A stretch of 64,000 bases of DNA from Felis catus (Eukaryota): positions 224,194,001 to 224,258,000 of the forward strand of contig NC_058368.1 of NCBI RefSeq assembly GCF_018350175.1. The letters run 5' to 3'. The notes below the pieces were generated by a model. It worked only from the letters and a program-made list of their open reading frames with translations. It had not been told where the DNA came from and made no database searches. Shown one piece after another: positions 37,614-49,940 of the stretch (position 1 is its first letter; every line of letters starts with the position of its first letter). The translations under genes and the position numbers were made by a program.

Positions 37614-38280
37614 ATGTTAGAGAGGATGTGGAGGAACGAGAACCCTCTTGCATTGTTGGTGGGAATGAAAACTGGTGCAGCCACTCTGGAAAACAGTGTG
37701 GAGGTTCCTCAAAAATTAAAAATATACTACCCTATGACCCAGCAATAGCACTGCTAGGAATTTACCCAAGGGATACATAAACACTGATGCATAGGGGCAC
37801 TTGTACCCCAATGTTTATAGCAGCACTTTCAACAACAGCCAAATTATGGAAAGATCCTAAATGTCCATCAAATGATGAATGGATAAAGAAATTGTAGTTT
37901 ATATACACAATGGGATACTATGTGGCAATGAGAAAGAATGAAATATGGCCTTTTGTAGCAACGTGGATGGAACTGGAGAGTGTTATGCTAAGTGAAATAA
38001 GTCATACAGAGAAAGACAGATACCATATGTTTCCACTCTTATGTGGATCCTGAGAAACTTAACAGAAGACCATGGGGGAAAGGAAGGAAAAAAAAATTAG
38101 AGAGGGAGGGAGCCAAACCATAAGAGACTCTTAAAAACTGAGAATAAACTGAGGGTTGATGGGGGGTGGGAGGGAGGCGAAAGTGGGTGATGGGCATTGA
38201 GGAGGGCACCTGTTGGGATGAGCACTGAGTGTTGTATGGAAACGAATTTGACAATAAATTTCATATTAAAAAAAAAACAA
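37614..38280 (+). mobile_element. 5'-truncated young feline LINE-1 3' end
   Basis: ORF2 end and 3'UTR ending GACAATAAATTTCATATT plus poly(A); TSD AAGAATAAAG at 37604-37613 and 38281-38290. Confidence 0.94.
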
Positions 38281-39085
38281 AAGAATAAAGCTCCTGAATC
38301 AACTGAATATTCCGCTGATTGTTTTAGTAGCTTCAGTATGGCAGTATGGGGTTACTCATACCCCAACACGATACATAATTCATATATAATTAACTAGTGA
38401 ATACTTCAACAAAATAAGGGAGTAAGAAAAAGAAAAAGAAAGAAAGAGAAGAAAGAAAAGCATGGAATCCACAAAGTAGGGATCCAGCCAAAAAGAAAGT
38501 TAGTAGATGATGAAATGTATCAAAAGTCACTGCATGCAAAGTTCTGATTAGATTAAGTTGGGGGAAGGCTCTGAGAAGGTTGCCTCATTGAAACAGATAA
38601 AAATTATGTTTGGCCATTTAGAAAGCAGAATTAAGGAAAGCTGTAGAGATGTAGTGGAGGAACGGAAAAAGTAGCTATAGGTTTCAATACACCAAAGCAA
38701 ATGGAAATACAGAGCAAACATCAATTAAAAAAATAAAAATATTAAAAAAATAAACAAAAAAACTAAAGGAACATTTTTAATTAAAAGAAATATAATTATA
38801 GTCGCATTATTTGACTCAACAATAGATGCTATTACATGTTCATGTTAATTAAAACTCAATTTAGATATAGATATGTATTTTTAAATATCAAACTTTTATA
38901 ATAAAAGATAAGTTCTAAATTCTAAACAACTATGATCCTGAAAAAAATCTCATCTTTGTCTTTCACTACTCTCTATATCTTTTATACTACTTTATTACTT
39001 CACAGTGCTTCTGACTTTGTGATATCATATTGTATGTTGCATTGATTGCCACATTTGATGATAAAGCTAAAAGAGATCATTCAGA

Positions 39086-39296
39086 GGGGTGCCTAGGTGG
39101 CTCAGTCAGTTAAGCATCCAATTCTTGATTTCAGCTCAGGTCATGGTCTCCGGTGGTGAGATCAAGCCCCATGTCCTCATGTGGGTTCCACGCTGAGAAT
39201 GGAGATTGCTTTAGATACTCTCTCCTCCCTTCTCTCTCCACCTCTCCCTCCCTCTCTCTTTTTTTTCAAAATAAATAAATAAACATTAGAAAAAAG
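39086..39296 (+). mobile_element. Can-SINE (older type)
   Basis: GGGGTGCCTAGGTGGCTCAGTCAGTTAAG..CTTGATTTCAGCTCAGGTCATG, tail. Confidence 0.9.
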
Positions 39297-39727
39297 AGAG
39301 AAAATCAGTCAGGGACTCCCCAACAATCCCAAAGTGTTTCTTTGATCTATTCTTTCTTCCACGCCTTACCATGACAATATTAATTCTTCTCCACTCTCCT
39401 CAAATATTATTAGAATCCCCCCCTTTCTACCACCACCATGAAACACATATTCACTCAACAAATATTTCAGAAAAATTCAGCCATTTAATATTTTGATAGC
39501 TACATATTTCAATTACTAAGCTTAAAGCCAAACATTTTTAACTACCCTTACCTTTGTTACAACAGGGCACCTATCTCTCATATGCCTTAAATACAGATTA
39601 TTTCATCTGTATTTCAATCTCAAATTTACATTCTCAAATATACTTTTTTTCCTTTGGGTCAACTTAACTTTTCCTATTTCCATCAAATTTAAAAAACAAT
39701 TTCATCCATTAAAAAGAAAGCAATTTT

Positions 39728-39913
39728 GGGACTCCTGGGTGGCTCAGTTCGTTGAGCGTTCTACTTAGCCTCAAGTCATGATCTCCCAGTTGGTGAACTG
39801 GAGCTCCACATCGGGCTCCCTATTGTCAGACCTTGAGCACAGAGCCCACTTCAGATCCTCTGTCTCCCTCTTTCTGCCCCTCCCCTGATTGCACTCCCCC
39901 AAAAATAAATAAC
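39728..39913 (+). mobile_element. Can-SINE (diverged)
   Basis: GGGACTCCTGGGTGGCTCAG head, CAAGTCATGATCTC, AATAAA. Confidence 0.9.
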
Positions 39914-40049
39914 AAAAGAAGCAAAGGAATTTCTAGGACACTATTTTCCTTTCCAAGAGACTGCTCCATATATTACTTGGTTATATTTCCATCATCAAAC
40001 TTATTGAAAGTGTTTTTAAGCCTATTGTGTTCATTTTCTCCCTTCTCAT

Positions 40050-40720
40050 TTGCTACCCTCCAAATTAGCTTTGACTTCATTCTGCTGGAAAGATTCTCTC
40101 TAAGGCTTTTCCACCAAAACCATGTCATACATCATCACCATCAACAACAAACATGGGTTCCTATTTTCCTGGCCCTCTCATCAGCATTTAGCACTCATCA
40201 GCATTTACACCTTCTTGAAGCCTTTTCTCTCCTGGACTTTTGTAATTCAAACTGTTTGTTTGTTTGTTTGTTTGTTTGTTTGTTTCTATTACTTCTCCAT
40301 ACTTTTTCTCTTTCCCCATTGAAGTTCTTCAATACTTGTCCTAGACCCTACTATCTTGTCAAGTTATTTTCTCTCCCACAGAATTTCCTCTGTACTCAAA
40401 CATTCAATTATCACATATTCAGATAAATCTCCAGTAGGATTCTTAAAATCAGAAACTCAGTGAACTTCAGATCCATATATTTCACCTCATTCTTATTTAT
40501 AGAATACTTTATGCAATGCTTAATCGAATCTAAACTTACAGTCTTCTACAAATGTGGTCAATTTCTGATATTTTCTTTTTCAGTGAGTGATGTTGACATC
40601 TATCTTACTTTTGAAGCCAACAACCTAGAACTCATCCTTGACTCTTGTTTTCATTTTTCCCAAATATTTACCTTTAGTCAGTTACTCTCAAATGGGATTC
40701 CTAAAATCTCTCTTAAAATA
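40050..40720 (+). mobile_element. L2 LINE relic
   Basis: CTTCTTGAAGCCTTTTCTCTCCTGGACTT, CATTCAATTATCAC, GAACTTCAGATCCATATATT, AAGCCAACAACCTAGAACTCATCCTTGACTC are sense L2 motifs. Confidence 0.65.
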
Positions 40721-42606
40721 TTCACTTCTTTAGAGGAAACTTTAGTAAATATGACAATACAACAAATATAAATTCTCTCCCTGTTATAAATTCTCTTCCT
40801 GTATCTAGCTCTCAACACAATTATAGTTTGAAATTGGGAAAATTCTGTGTTGATGATTTCATGTGAGACTTGATGCTCCCTGTATCTCCCTTTGGTGTAT
40901 GCCATTCCAAGAAAATTGCCTAAAAAAGTAGAATGATGTGAATATATGAATAAGGAACTTAGAGTAGCCACCTAACTTATAAATTAAAATATCACAATGA
41001 GTGATCATTAAGTACTTTAATATTGTCATAGGGACTATATACCTCCCAAATCCAGTAGAAATCCAATCAACTTGGTTAACAAATTTTCCATCTTTCTCTT
41101 GAGTCTTATAGTTGAAATTTAAGAAAATTATTCCACACTTGACCTAGGTCCTTTATAAAGCCCTCATGTTCTCAGTCATAGGCTCAATTCATATGTCTAA
41201 TAAGAATTATAAATAGTGGAATGAAGTGACTTCACATATCCTTTAATCCATTTCAATTTAGAAATAATGCTAACCTATAATCTACTTAGTTATATAATCT
41301 ACGTGAGCAAATTTTGAGGATTTATGTTACAATACACATGCATCTTTATTTTATGTTTTTCAGTCTGAAATGTATGAATTGAAAAAATATGTACAGATAC
41401 AGTCACAGCAGTAAATTAGGGCAGAAATGCAATGGAAGGTCATATTTCTCAGTAAGTCATTGAGCAAAATACTTGAGTCATGCCGAGAACAAAATCTTTT
41501 GTTAAGGCTGATTAGGTTGCAGATTATAAAATGCCCTAATAGTGCCAATAAATTAGAGCCACCTTTCTCAGAAGAAAGTGACTAACAATATTTTGTTGTT
41601 GAGTTAAATAAAATAAATGTCTCAGAACTTGGCCAGAGGCTGAGATTTTAATTAGTTATTAAGGTGTTCAGGTTAATGTAAATCAGATTTGCCTTTTCTA
41701 GCTGAAGAATCCAGATTGACAATGGCATTAAATCTTGACTAAACACTAATCTGCCAACACTTGCAAAAGCCTGACCTGAAGTAAAAGAAAAAAAATTGTT
41801 AATAAAGATCATATTTTTATTAATTACCAAGATTTTTCTTTGTATAATGTTAATCAGAGATGCACCTGTTCAAAATAGATATGTAAATGTTGATCATTAA
41901 ATGAAATACTTTTAAAACTGCTTGTCGGAGCTAAGTGATTACTCTTGCCTTTTCTTTTTTTTAAATTTCCCTACATAATGACCAAAAACAAGTTTCTTGA
42001 TGTATTCCTCCTCACAAATTAAAATGTATAGCAATTCTTTGATTAAGGAAAACAATCTAATTTACCTTTCTAGCATTTCTAATTAAGGTGTTTAATTTTC
42101 GGTATACCTACCTACCTTCCTACCTTATAAATATATGCATGTAGAAGTTAAAATTTAAAAACATCTGCTGTTGAATGGATCTGAAAAGAAGATGTTTTCT
42201 TTTCCTTCTTTTGTTTTTCCTTAACACTTTCTTTCCTCTTACATTGTCAATCTATAAATACTAAGACATCCCATCTACTAACTCATCTATTCCCCTCATA
42301 ATAGTGTCGTAGCAGTGGTGACATGTGACAGGGAAATGAAGGGACAGAGTCATTTCATAAGTTGCCCAAGGACACGAATTTATCATTGGGAATTATAGCT
42401 TTTTAAGTTGATTGCATAATGGGTCATTGTTCACAGAATCGGAAAACTGGGTCTAATCAGCTCTAATAATTTTTGTGGCAATCAAATAAGATAATACATA
42501 TCAATACTTAAATCAGTGCCATTCATGTATTGACTGTTTAATATATGTAAGTGATCATATTGATCACTTGGCTCTACTATTTTGGTTGTTTAAATTACAC
42601 TCCTAT

Positions 42607-42803
42607 GGGGCGCCTGGGTGGCTCAGTCGGTTAAGCGTCCGACTTCAGCTCAGGTTACGATCTCATGATCTCGCGGTCCATGAGTTCGAGCCCTGCATCG
42701 GGCTCTGGGCTGATGGCTCAGAGCCTGGAGCCTGCTTCCGATTCTGTGTCTCCCTCTTTCTCTGCTCCTCCCCCGTTCATGCTCTGTCTCTCTGTCTCAA
42801 AAA

Positions 42804-42847
<44 letters not shown>

Positions 42848-42848
42848 C
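42607..42848 (+). mobile_element. Can-SINE (young) with (AAAT)n tail
   Basis: CpG-rich element with a small internal duplication (ACGATCTCATGATCTC); about 11 AAAT units. Confidence 0.95.
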
Positions 42849-43096
42849 TAACACTCCAGGTCATAATGATTTTTTGTGTTCCTATATAAAGTTATTGGAA
42901 ATACATTTACATTTTAGAATGGATTAGGTGTTCTTCACATTTGAATATGAATTTTAAACATTAGTATCAAAATAATTCCTGGCTATTTAAAGGAGTAGCT
43001 GCAAAAGTATTCATTTTTTCATAACTAAATTATGAAATATATGAGTACTAAAATGTCCTTGTCTTGCTTGCTGATGTTAAAAAATAAGAAGGGGGT

Positions 43097-43314
43097 GGGG
43101 CCCCAGGGTGGCTCAGCCAGTTAAGTGTCTGACTTCTGCTCAGGTCTTATCTCAGGGTTCATGAGTTCCAGCCCCACTTTGGACTCTGTGCTGACAGTTC
43201 AGAGCCTGGAGACTGCTTCAGATTCTAACTGTGCCTCTCTCTCTGCCCCGCCCCTGCTCATGCTCTGTCTCTCTCTCTCAGAAATAAATAAATATTTAAA
43301 AAAAAACATTTTTT
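43097..43314 (+). mobile_element. Can-SINE
   Basis: TSD AAATAAGAAGG on both sides. Confidence 0.92.
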
Positions 43315-43759
43315 AAATAAGAAGGAGAAAGTAAAATGTCAAAGCTTTGTATATTCCACTAAATATTCCCTTATCAGAACATATCCTGAGGGGAATTTTA
43401 TGGAGGGTGAGGGGGGAAGATTAGGGGGAAAGTGACCACCTGAAGAGAAACTTGAGGGGGTTCAAACACTGGGAGAATAAGATTCCAAGTGAGTTTTCTG
43501 AATATGACAGAACTCATCAGAAGCCTTTCCTTATTTCAAAATATTATTTATCATAATAATTAATTTCTTTCTGATTGTAGAAGATTGTGTAGTGGTCTGA
43601 GGTTTGTACTGACTAGTCATCAATATTTGAAGGGAAGAAATGTTGAAATGAAGAAAATACATGTATATATAAAATCAAATACAAACTGTGATTTATAAAG
43701 ACCATGCTATTGGTCTACAAGTAATGGTACATGTGTTTTCTTAGTGAGATGAGGAATTA

Positions 43760-44320
43760 CAGAGCCTAAGAGCTACCTATTGTCATGTATGTTTGAAAAA
43801 GTTGACCATGGCTCCTGGATTGAACATGGAATTGGCAGAATCAGAGGAAGGAAAACTGATAAGCATGCTGTTGACAGGTTAGAAACAGTGGTGGTGACAA
43901 AAACTAGTCATATTGTGGGTATGTTTTGAAGATAGAGCTCATTGGGTTTCCTGTTGCGTTGAACACATGATGTGGGAGAAATAGGAGTTGAGGAAAATTC
44001 AAGACTTTGGGTCCATACCAATAGAATGACAGAGGTTCTTTGTACATGTTTTTATGCGACTGTTCTTATAAAAGAGGGAAGACTGCAATAAAAGTAGATT
44101 TTGAAGGGGTGGTTGGAGTATGAAAAGGCCAACAGTGCAAACTGAAGCATGTTAATTTGAGATTGTCTATTCTCCATTCTAGTAGAAATGCTGAATAGCT
44201 AGTCAAATATATGAACCTGGAAATTCAGAGAGTGGTCTGGACTGGTGCTATAGTTTTAGGGTCTTTAGCATTTACATTATACTGAAAGTCATGGGACAAG
44301 CTTTAGTAACCATGGGATAG
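43760..44320 (-). mobile_element. L2 LINE relic
   Basis: TATGTTTTGAAGATAGAGC, GTTGAGGAAAATTCAAGACTTT, GCATGTTAATTTGAGATTGTCTATT, AATTCAGAGAGTGGTCTGGACTGG are antisense L2 motifs. Confidence 0.7.
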
Positions 44321-44611
44321 ATATATAGATATATCTATAGGTCTATAGATATAGTATATAGACCTATAGATATATACATTTATCTGTAATTCCTCTATAT
44401 CTATCTATATATCTATATCTATATCTATATCTAGTCATGAGACTATATCTAAGACATGGGACAAGCTTCAGTAACCATGGGATAGGTATATAGATCTATC
44501 TATAGATCTATAGATATAGTATATAGATGTATAGATCTATAGATATAGTATATAGATATATCTATAGATAGCTAGATAGATCTCTCTATATATTTATCTG
44601 TAATTCCTCTA

Positions 44612-44654
<43 letters not shown>

Positions 44655-44855
44655 ATCTATATCTATATCTAGTCATGGGACTATATCTAAGTCATGGGAC
44701 AAGCTTTAGTAACCATGGGACAGATATATAGATCTATATATTGATATCTATATCTATCTATATATATATTTATCTGTAAATCCTATATCTATATTTATCT
44801 ATATATCCCATGGTTACTAAAGCTTGTCCCATGACTTAGATATAGTCCCATGACT

Positions 44856-44890
<35 letters not shown>

Positions 44891-44983
44891 TAGATAGATA
44901 GAGGAATTACAGATAGATATATATAGATAGATAGATCCCACGGTTACTAAAGCTTATCCCAACACTTTCAGTATCATGTATAT
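44270..44983. repeat. Composite direct/inverted repeat array forming a ~710-bp imperfect palindrome
   Basis: 33-bp motif AAGTCATGGGACAAGCTTTAGTAACCATGGGAT direct at 44286, 44451 and 44689, inverted at 44805 and 44935; TATC/GATA microsatellite spacers. Confidence 0.95.
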
Positions 44984-46153
44984 ACATATATACATGTAGG
45001 TATGTGTATATATACATATATATGTTCCTACCAAAAATATTGTGTCCTATATAAACCCTTCGTTAACTTCTCCAGAAATGGATCCCTCAATCAATTTTCT
45101 TTGACTTGTGTTTGCATTTGCCCACCCCCACCAGAATGGTGTCTTCTCCAAAGTAAGTCCTAGATCTTATCTCACTCCTTTATTCCATTTTCTTTATGTG
45201 TTTCTGAGGCATATGTTAGTTATTCCATTTTTTTTTTTAAAGCAAAGTGATAGAATCATTACATAAATGTTTTAGGTTACATAAGAAAAGGATAATTACC
45301 AGAAAATGTATTTGAGGAAACTTCAAAATAAATGTTTCCAAAAAAAAAAAGTATGGTATTTTCATAACTGCCTTTGTATACAGAGTTGCATGCCAAGAAA
45401 AAGGGAAGTGGGACTTGGTAAATTGAAGTTGGAGCCATAGTTTTTAGTTAACTTTTTTTTTTTCCATAAACATACAGGTCTTGCTGATTATTCCTGTTGT
45501 GCAGAGCAGAAGGCAGATGTGAATCAATGAGAACAGAGACCATTCTTAAAATAGTTTTTGCATTACGTAACTGGGAACTGAACTTGAATCTTAGCCACAG
45601 AAGTCATAAAGCCTTTCATTTTCACCTTGCCAAAGTGATAGCGAGAGAGCTAATAGCCTTTAATAGGCTTTTGAAGAGCGGGGATGTTTCATTTATGCAG
45701 CGTTGAAGGCAAAAAGTTTAAGAAAACATGGTGTTTAGACTGTCATAGCCATATCTTTTTCTTCATTTGAAAAGCAGATGCAACTTGTCAAGTTGACATA
45801 ACTGAAAGGTGTTTCCCTGGGGATGCCCTGATTTTCTATCTCCTGGGTCACATATTAGAAGATGAAAATGTTTTCTCTTTGAAATGCCTTTGTGGTTTAA
45901 ATTCAAGTGACATCAACTGCAAATAGCCTGAAGCAAAGCTAGCTTTGATTGTTCCTTTGCCTTGAATGATCTAGTCACTTTGGAAAAGACAACTCACATC
46001 AAGGAGAAAATGTTTAAAAATGAAATACAAAAGGAAAAGTAATACTTTAAACACAGATTTAGTTGCTGGAATAATGATCAAACTACTAACTTCCCTGGAA
46101 TCAGTATTTCATTATGACTTCTAAATTATGTTTTATATTGAAACCCATTATCG

Positions 46154-46613
46154 TGTAACTGGGACGCACGGGTGCAAGAGCACCTGCCTCCAGTGTCCCA
46201 AACATACCAGGTTCGGGCACTTGCCACTGACAAAATCCAAAGGCAGAGAGATGAGTCATGGTGAAATAAGACAGGAACTTATTTCAGCGAGGCCAAAACC
46301 AAGAAGACAATGGACCAGTTCTCAAAGACTGTCCCCCAAAAGCTGCTTTATATGAGGAAAATGAGGGCCAAAAGTTGGTGGGTATTGGCCAATGAGCAGT
46401 AAAGATCAGGTCAATCATTACCTTGAAGTCAGTCATGTGTGATCTTGCTGTCATCAGGCAGACCTATTGTTTGAGGGGGTATTTTCCATTCCCCTCTGGG
46501 GATGCTTTGCCCGCAGGGTCTCTTGCCCCAGTTAAGAGACTAGCTGGAAAGAATTTAATCAACTAAAAAGCACAGACTGAGGTCAAAATGGAGGCAGTTG
46601 GAGTCCTCTTTCA
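46154..46613 (-). mobile_element. Solo ERV LTR (probably class I/ERV1)
   Basis: TG...CA termini; minus strand starts TGAAAGAGG..GCCTCCATTTTG, has TATA-like CATATAAAG and poly(A)-signal-like AAATAAG, and ends GTTACA; flanked by ATTATCG/ATTATTG. Confidence 0.75.
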
Positions 46614-47789
46614 ATTATTGTCCTTATCATTATTATTTGATGAAGTCTAAGGTTACAGAACATAAAGTCACTGTCTCTGGAATGCAACATTCTTACAGAG
46701 GGGGAAACTAACAACTGGCAGACTAATACTCCCCCCTGCCGTGTCCTTTATGAGTCATGGACTTCAGAAAACTTTTTCTTACTTCATGATGCTAGAGGTA
46801 GAATTTACATTTTGCCTGTTCTTGTTGAGAAGACAACTTTTGGGGCTTCTCATTAATGTTGATGTTTTATAGCATCTCCCTACACACTTTATGGTTGCAT
46901 GTAGAACACAAATTGGATCAGCTCATTTGTATGTCTTTTATTAAGTATTTGCCTGGAGAAAGGGCTCCACTTGCCTTGCTCTGTGACAAACAGATGAATC
47001 CTTCACTTGATCTTAGATAAGCCATATTCACTTTCATAATCGGCCTCACTTGCTACTGTCCAGTCATCTAAGCTACGTATCAGGAATTCTAACTCCTCGT
47101 AAATACCAATTTTATATTACTTACACCTCTGTCATACTATAGAAATTAATATACCATTAAAATGACTTTAATTCAAATTAAATTTGTTTTGGGCTTAATG
47201 CTTATTAATGCAAATCAAAACAGGTATTATGCAATATCTTATTCAAAAACGTACACATATTATTTATATCACTTGGACAAGGAAATTGCAAACATTTGTG
47301 TACTACACTCTTAAATTCAAATGATAAGTTATTAAATGCTAAGGCTAAAATGGGTTCTGAGAGATTAATGGTTTGATTAAATCATTTGAATCTTACTGCC
47401 TAATGGAGGAGACAAATAAGAAATTGCAACATGCTGTGATATAAACTAAAAAAAAAAAAAAATTTAAAGAATACAATATTAGGAAAGCACAAAAGAAATA
47501 CACATCAGCTGTGTAGAACAAAACGTGGGAACTTTCCTGAAGCTGTAGGAATGAGGGAAGGGAGAAGACACACTTTAACTGCTGAAAGATCAATCAGGCT
47601 TAGTCTGATAAAAGCCCTTTACTATCAAGTGGAGCCTATTCAAAGTTCAGAGATTAGAAACAATTTTCCAAGTTTGCTTAGGGAACAAGGAATTGAGTGT
47701 GAATGGACAAAAGTAGGAGGCGGTTGTTGGAGAAGTGGCTGGAGAGGTGGTAAAAAGTTGAATTATCAGTTACCCATATTGTTAGGCCA

Positions 47790-48090
47790 AAGAGTTTGGG
47801 TCTATTATGAAGTATTGGAAATGAATATGTTGTTAAAGCACAGTGGGACCTGTTTGGTAAGCAGTTGAGCATAAAGATCTGGGTCTCAAGAAAAAGATCT
47901 AGGCACATGATAGGTTTTCAGGGACCATCAGTATATGGATGAAATGGAGCCTATGATATATAAAAAGATAAAAGGACTGGAAGAACATTTGCAGTCCCTA
48001 AGAAGTGGGCAGAAAGAGCCAAAAGATTTAAGAGAACTATGAATGGGGATTGTTGGGGAATGGAAGGAAAGAAGGTTTTTCCAAAGTACT
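47790..48090 (-). mobile_element. L2 LINE relic
   Basis: GTAAGCAGTTGAGCATAAAGATCTGGGTCTCAAGAAAAAGATCTAGG...CCATCAGTATATGGATG. Confidence 0.55.
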
Positions 48091-48379
48091 GTGACAAGTA
48101 GTCCTCACCACATCATCATGCTTCCTTATTAACCAAACCTGCCATATGTTCCAATATCAAAATAGCAGCAGATTCTGAAATGTCTCTCCCCATTCTAAGG
48201 GATAATCTGAATTTACTGGATTTCAACCAGTATTAGTTGATCCAGTTTGTGACAAATTATATGGCGGTAAGCCACTAAAACTGATGTGAATTCTGCTGGG
48301 TTCTAGTTACTACAAAATAACTGTCTTTATAAAAGTGAAGAGCCTCTATATGTCGCTGATTCCTGTCTTCCTATTTTAT

Positions 48380-48612
48380 TTTATTTATGATTTTTTAAGG
48401 CTTCTCTTTTTTAAGTTCATTTATTTAGTTTCATAGAGAGTGTGTATGAGTAGGAGAGGAGCAGAGAGGGGGAGAGGGAGAATCCCAAGCAGGATCCTTG
48501 CTATTGGCGCAGAGACTGACACAAGGCTCCATCTCATGAACTGTGAGATCATGACCTGAGTGGAAATCAAGCGATAGACACTTAACTGACTGAGCCACCC
48601 AGGCAACTCCCC
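48380..48612 (-). mobile_element. Can-SINE (older type)
   Basis: Antisense body with GAAATCAAG; flanking GTCTTCCTATTTT at 48365-48377 and 48630-48642. Confidence 0.9.
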
Positions 48613-48818
48613 ACCCTTCCCACCTCCTGGTCTTCCTATTTTGTTAAGAAGTGATGTGTGGAGCATTAGCAGTATTATTACAACCAATAGATGCACAAAG
48701 AAGTATGCTTAGTGTCCAGACTTTGACGAATACTAAAGTGAAGTCTGGAGGAGCCTTCTTCGATATTCATTTTTATATATGACAATTAAGTACCTTTGCT
48801 GTGTAAGCCATTGTCAAC

Positions 48819-48860
48819 GTGTGTGTGTGTGTGTGTGTGTGCGCGCGCATGTGTGTATAT
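48819..48860. repeat. (GT)n(GC)n alternating purine-pyrimidine tract
   Basis: GTGT...GTGCGCGCGCATGTGTGTATAT seen directly. Confidence 0.9.
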
Positions 48861-49059
48861 AAGAGAGAGGGAGAGGAAGGAGAGAGACAGTGAGAGGGGA
48901 GGGGAGAGAGAGAAAAAGAAGCATGACTAGCGTGCATCCAAATAACTCTATGAGATATTGATAAAATTGTCAGAATACAAACATGGTAAAGGAGTAAAGT
49001 GATGGCTGAAATATAACCACAAAATCCAATTGCATAATGAATGCTGGGAAAATACAATT

Positions 49060-49385
49060 TAAAAGAAATTCTTCTCCCCACCTGGAAAACCTCTCCACCA
49101 AAATAGCAGACAAAGAAAGCAGTTTTATTACTGAATAAGCATTACACCAGAATGTGACTCATATCACAGACAATACTCTAAGAAATTGCAAAGAAATAAA
49201 TGTCACCCTCTTATGTAAGCAAGTAGATATTACATACAAGTTTGCAAGATGCACAATAGTCTTCAATTAAGATTACTTAACAGTATAATTTGTCACACAT
49301 AATTCATCCCAAACTCACCTGGTAATTGATCATCTACGTTAATTAATTGCTTTTATACAATGGAAAAATAAATAACCTCATCATG
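49060..49385 (-). mobile_element. Old ERV1-type LTR fragment (family uncertain)
   Basis: CCTCTCCACCAAA..AAAGAAAGCAGTTTTATTACTGAATAAGCATTACACCAGAATGTGA..TTTGTCACACAT..TTCATCC..TCACCTGGTAATT resembles an old eutherian LTR; antisense AATAAA. Confidence 0.5.
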
Positions 49386-49940
49386 GCTACCCCTTTAAAA
49401 ATTCAAGATGGTAGAAAGATCTACACTCTGGGATATTTATAAACTATCATTTGCCCTTCTTATTTATGAGCTTGAAATCACAGAGGAAAGAGAAGCAGGT
49501 TCCACTTTTAAAAAGATATTTAAAATTGCAGCCACTGTGCATCTTTTCTTCCTATTAGGATGATGTTTCTATTATCTTCACTATGTTACTACCTGACTTA
49601 AAGCTGACATTTAGTGTGGCTCTAAATTCACTGCCATGATAAGATGCTTTATCAAATAAATGTTGTTATACAGTTTTAAAATCTTTGGAAGTGAAAGATT
49701 TATCTTCAATATTAAGAGTATGCCAAAAATTTTTGAATGTAAATTAGTATTATAACCCAACTTCCTGGCTAAGATTGTTATGTAAAAGTCCTGGCCTTAC
49801 TAATAAATTCCAGTTAACTCCGAGCCTAATTGGAGACCATTCATTAGCTTTCTTTTCCAGCTACTATATTCACTTCTTTTTTATTCAAGGGGTATTTTTA
49901 TTCATGCTCTGCTCTGGAGAAAAGGTGATGTTTTTCTCCT

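Noticed and set aside
39833..40426. 197-aa plus-strand ORF
   Set aside because: Starts inside a SINE, runs through an L2 relic and a (TTTG)n repeat; low-complexity F/L/S composition
42549..42569. 9-bp perfect inverted repeat AAGTGATCA-TAT-TGATCACTT
   Set aside because: Arms this short are expected by chance in 64 kb
44270..44983. CRISPR-like or MITE interpretation of the 33-bp repeats
   Set aside because: Spacers are related microsatellite-rich sequence rather than unique, orientation flips mid-array, there are no cas genes and no clear TSD, and the motif continues the neighbouring L2
45562..45571. PAR-bZIP/D-box-like ATTACGTAAC
   Set aside because: Single short motif with no supporting context
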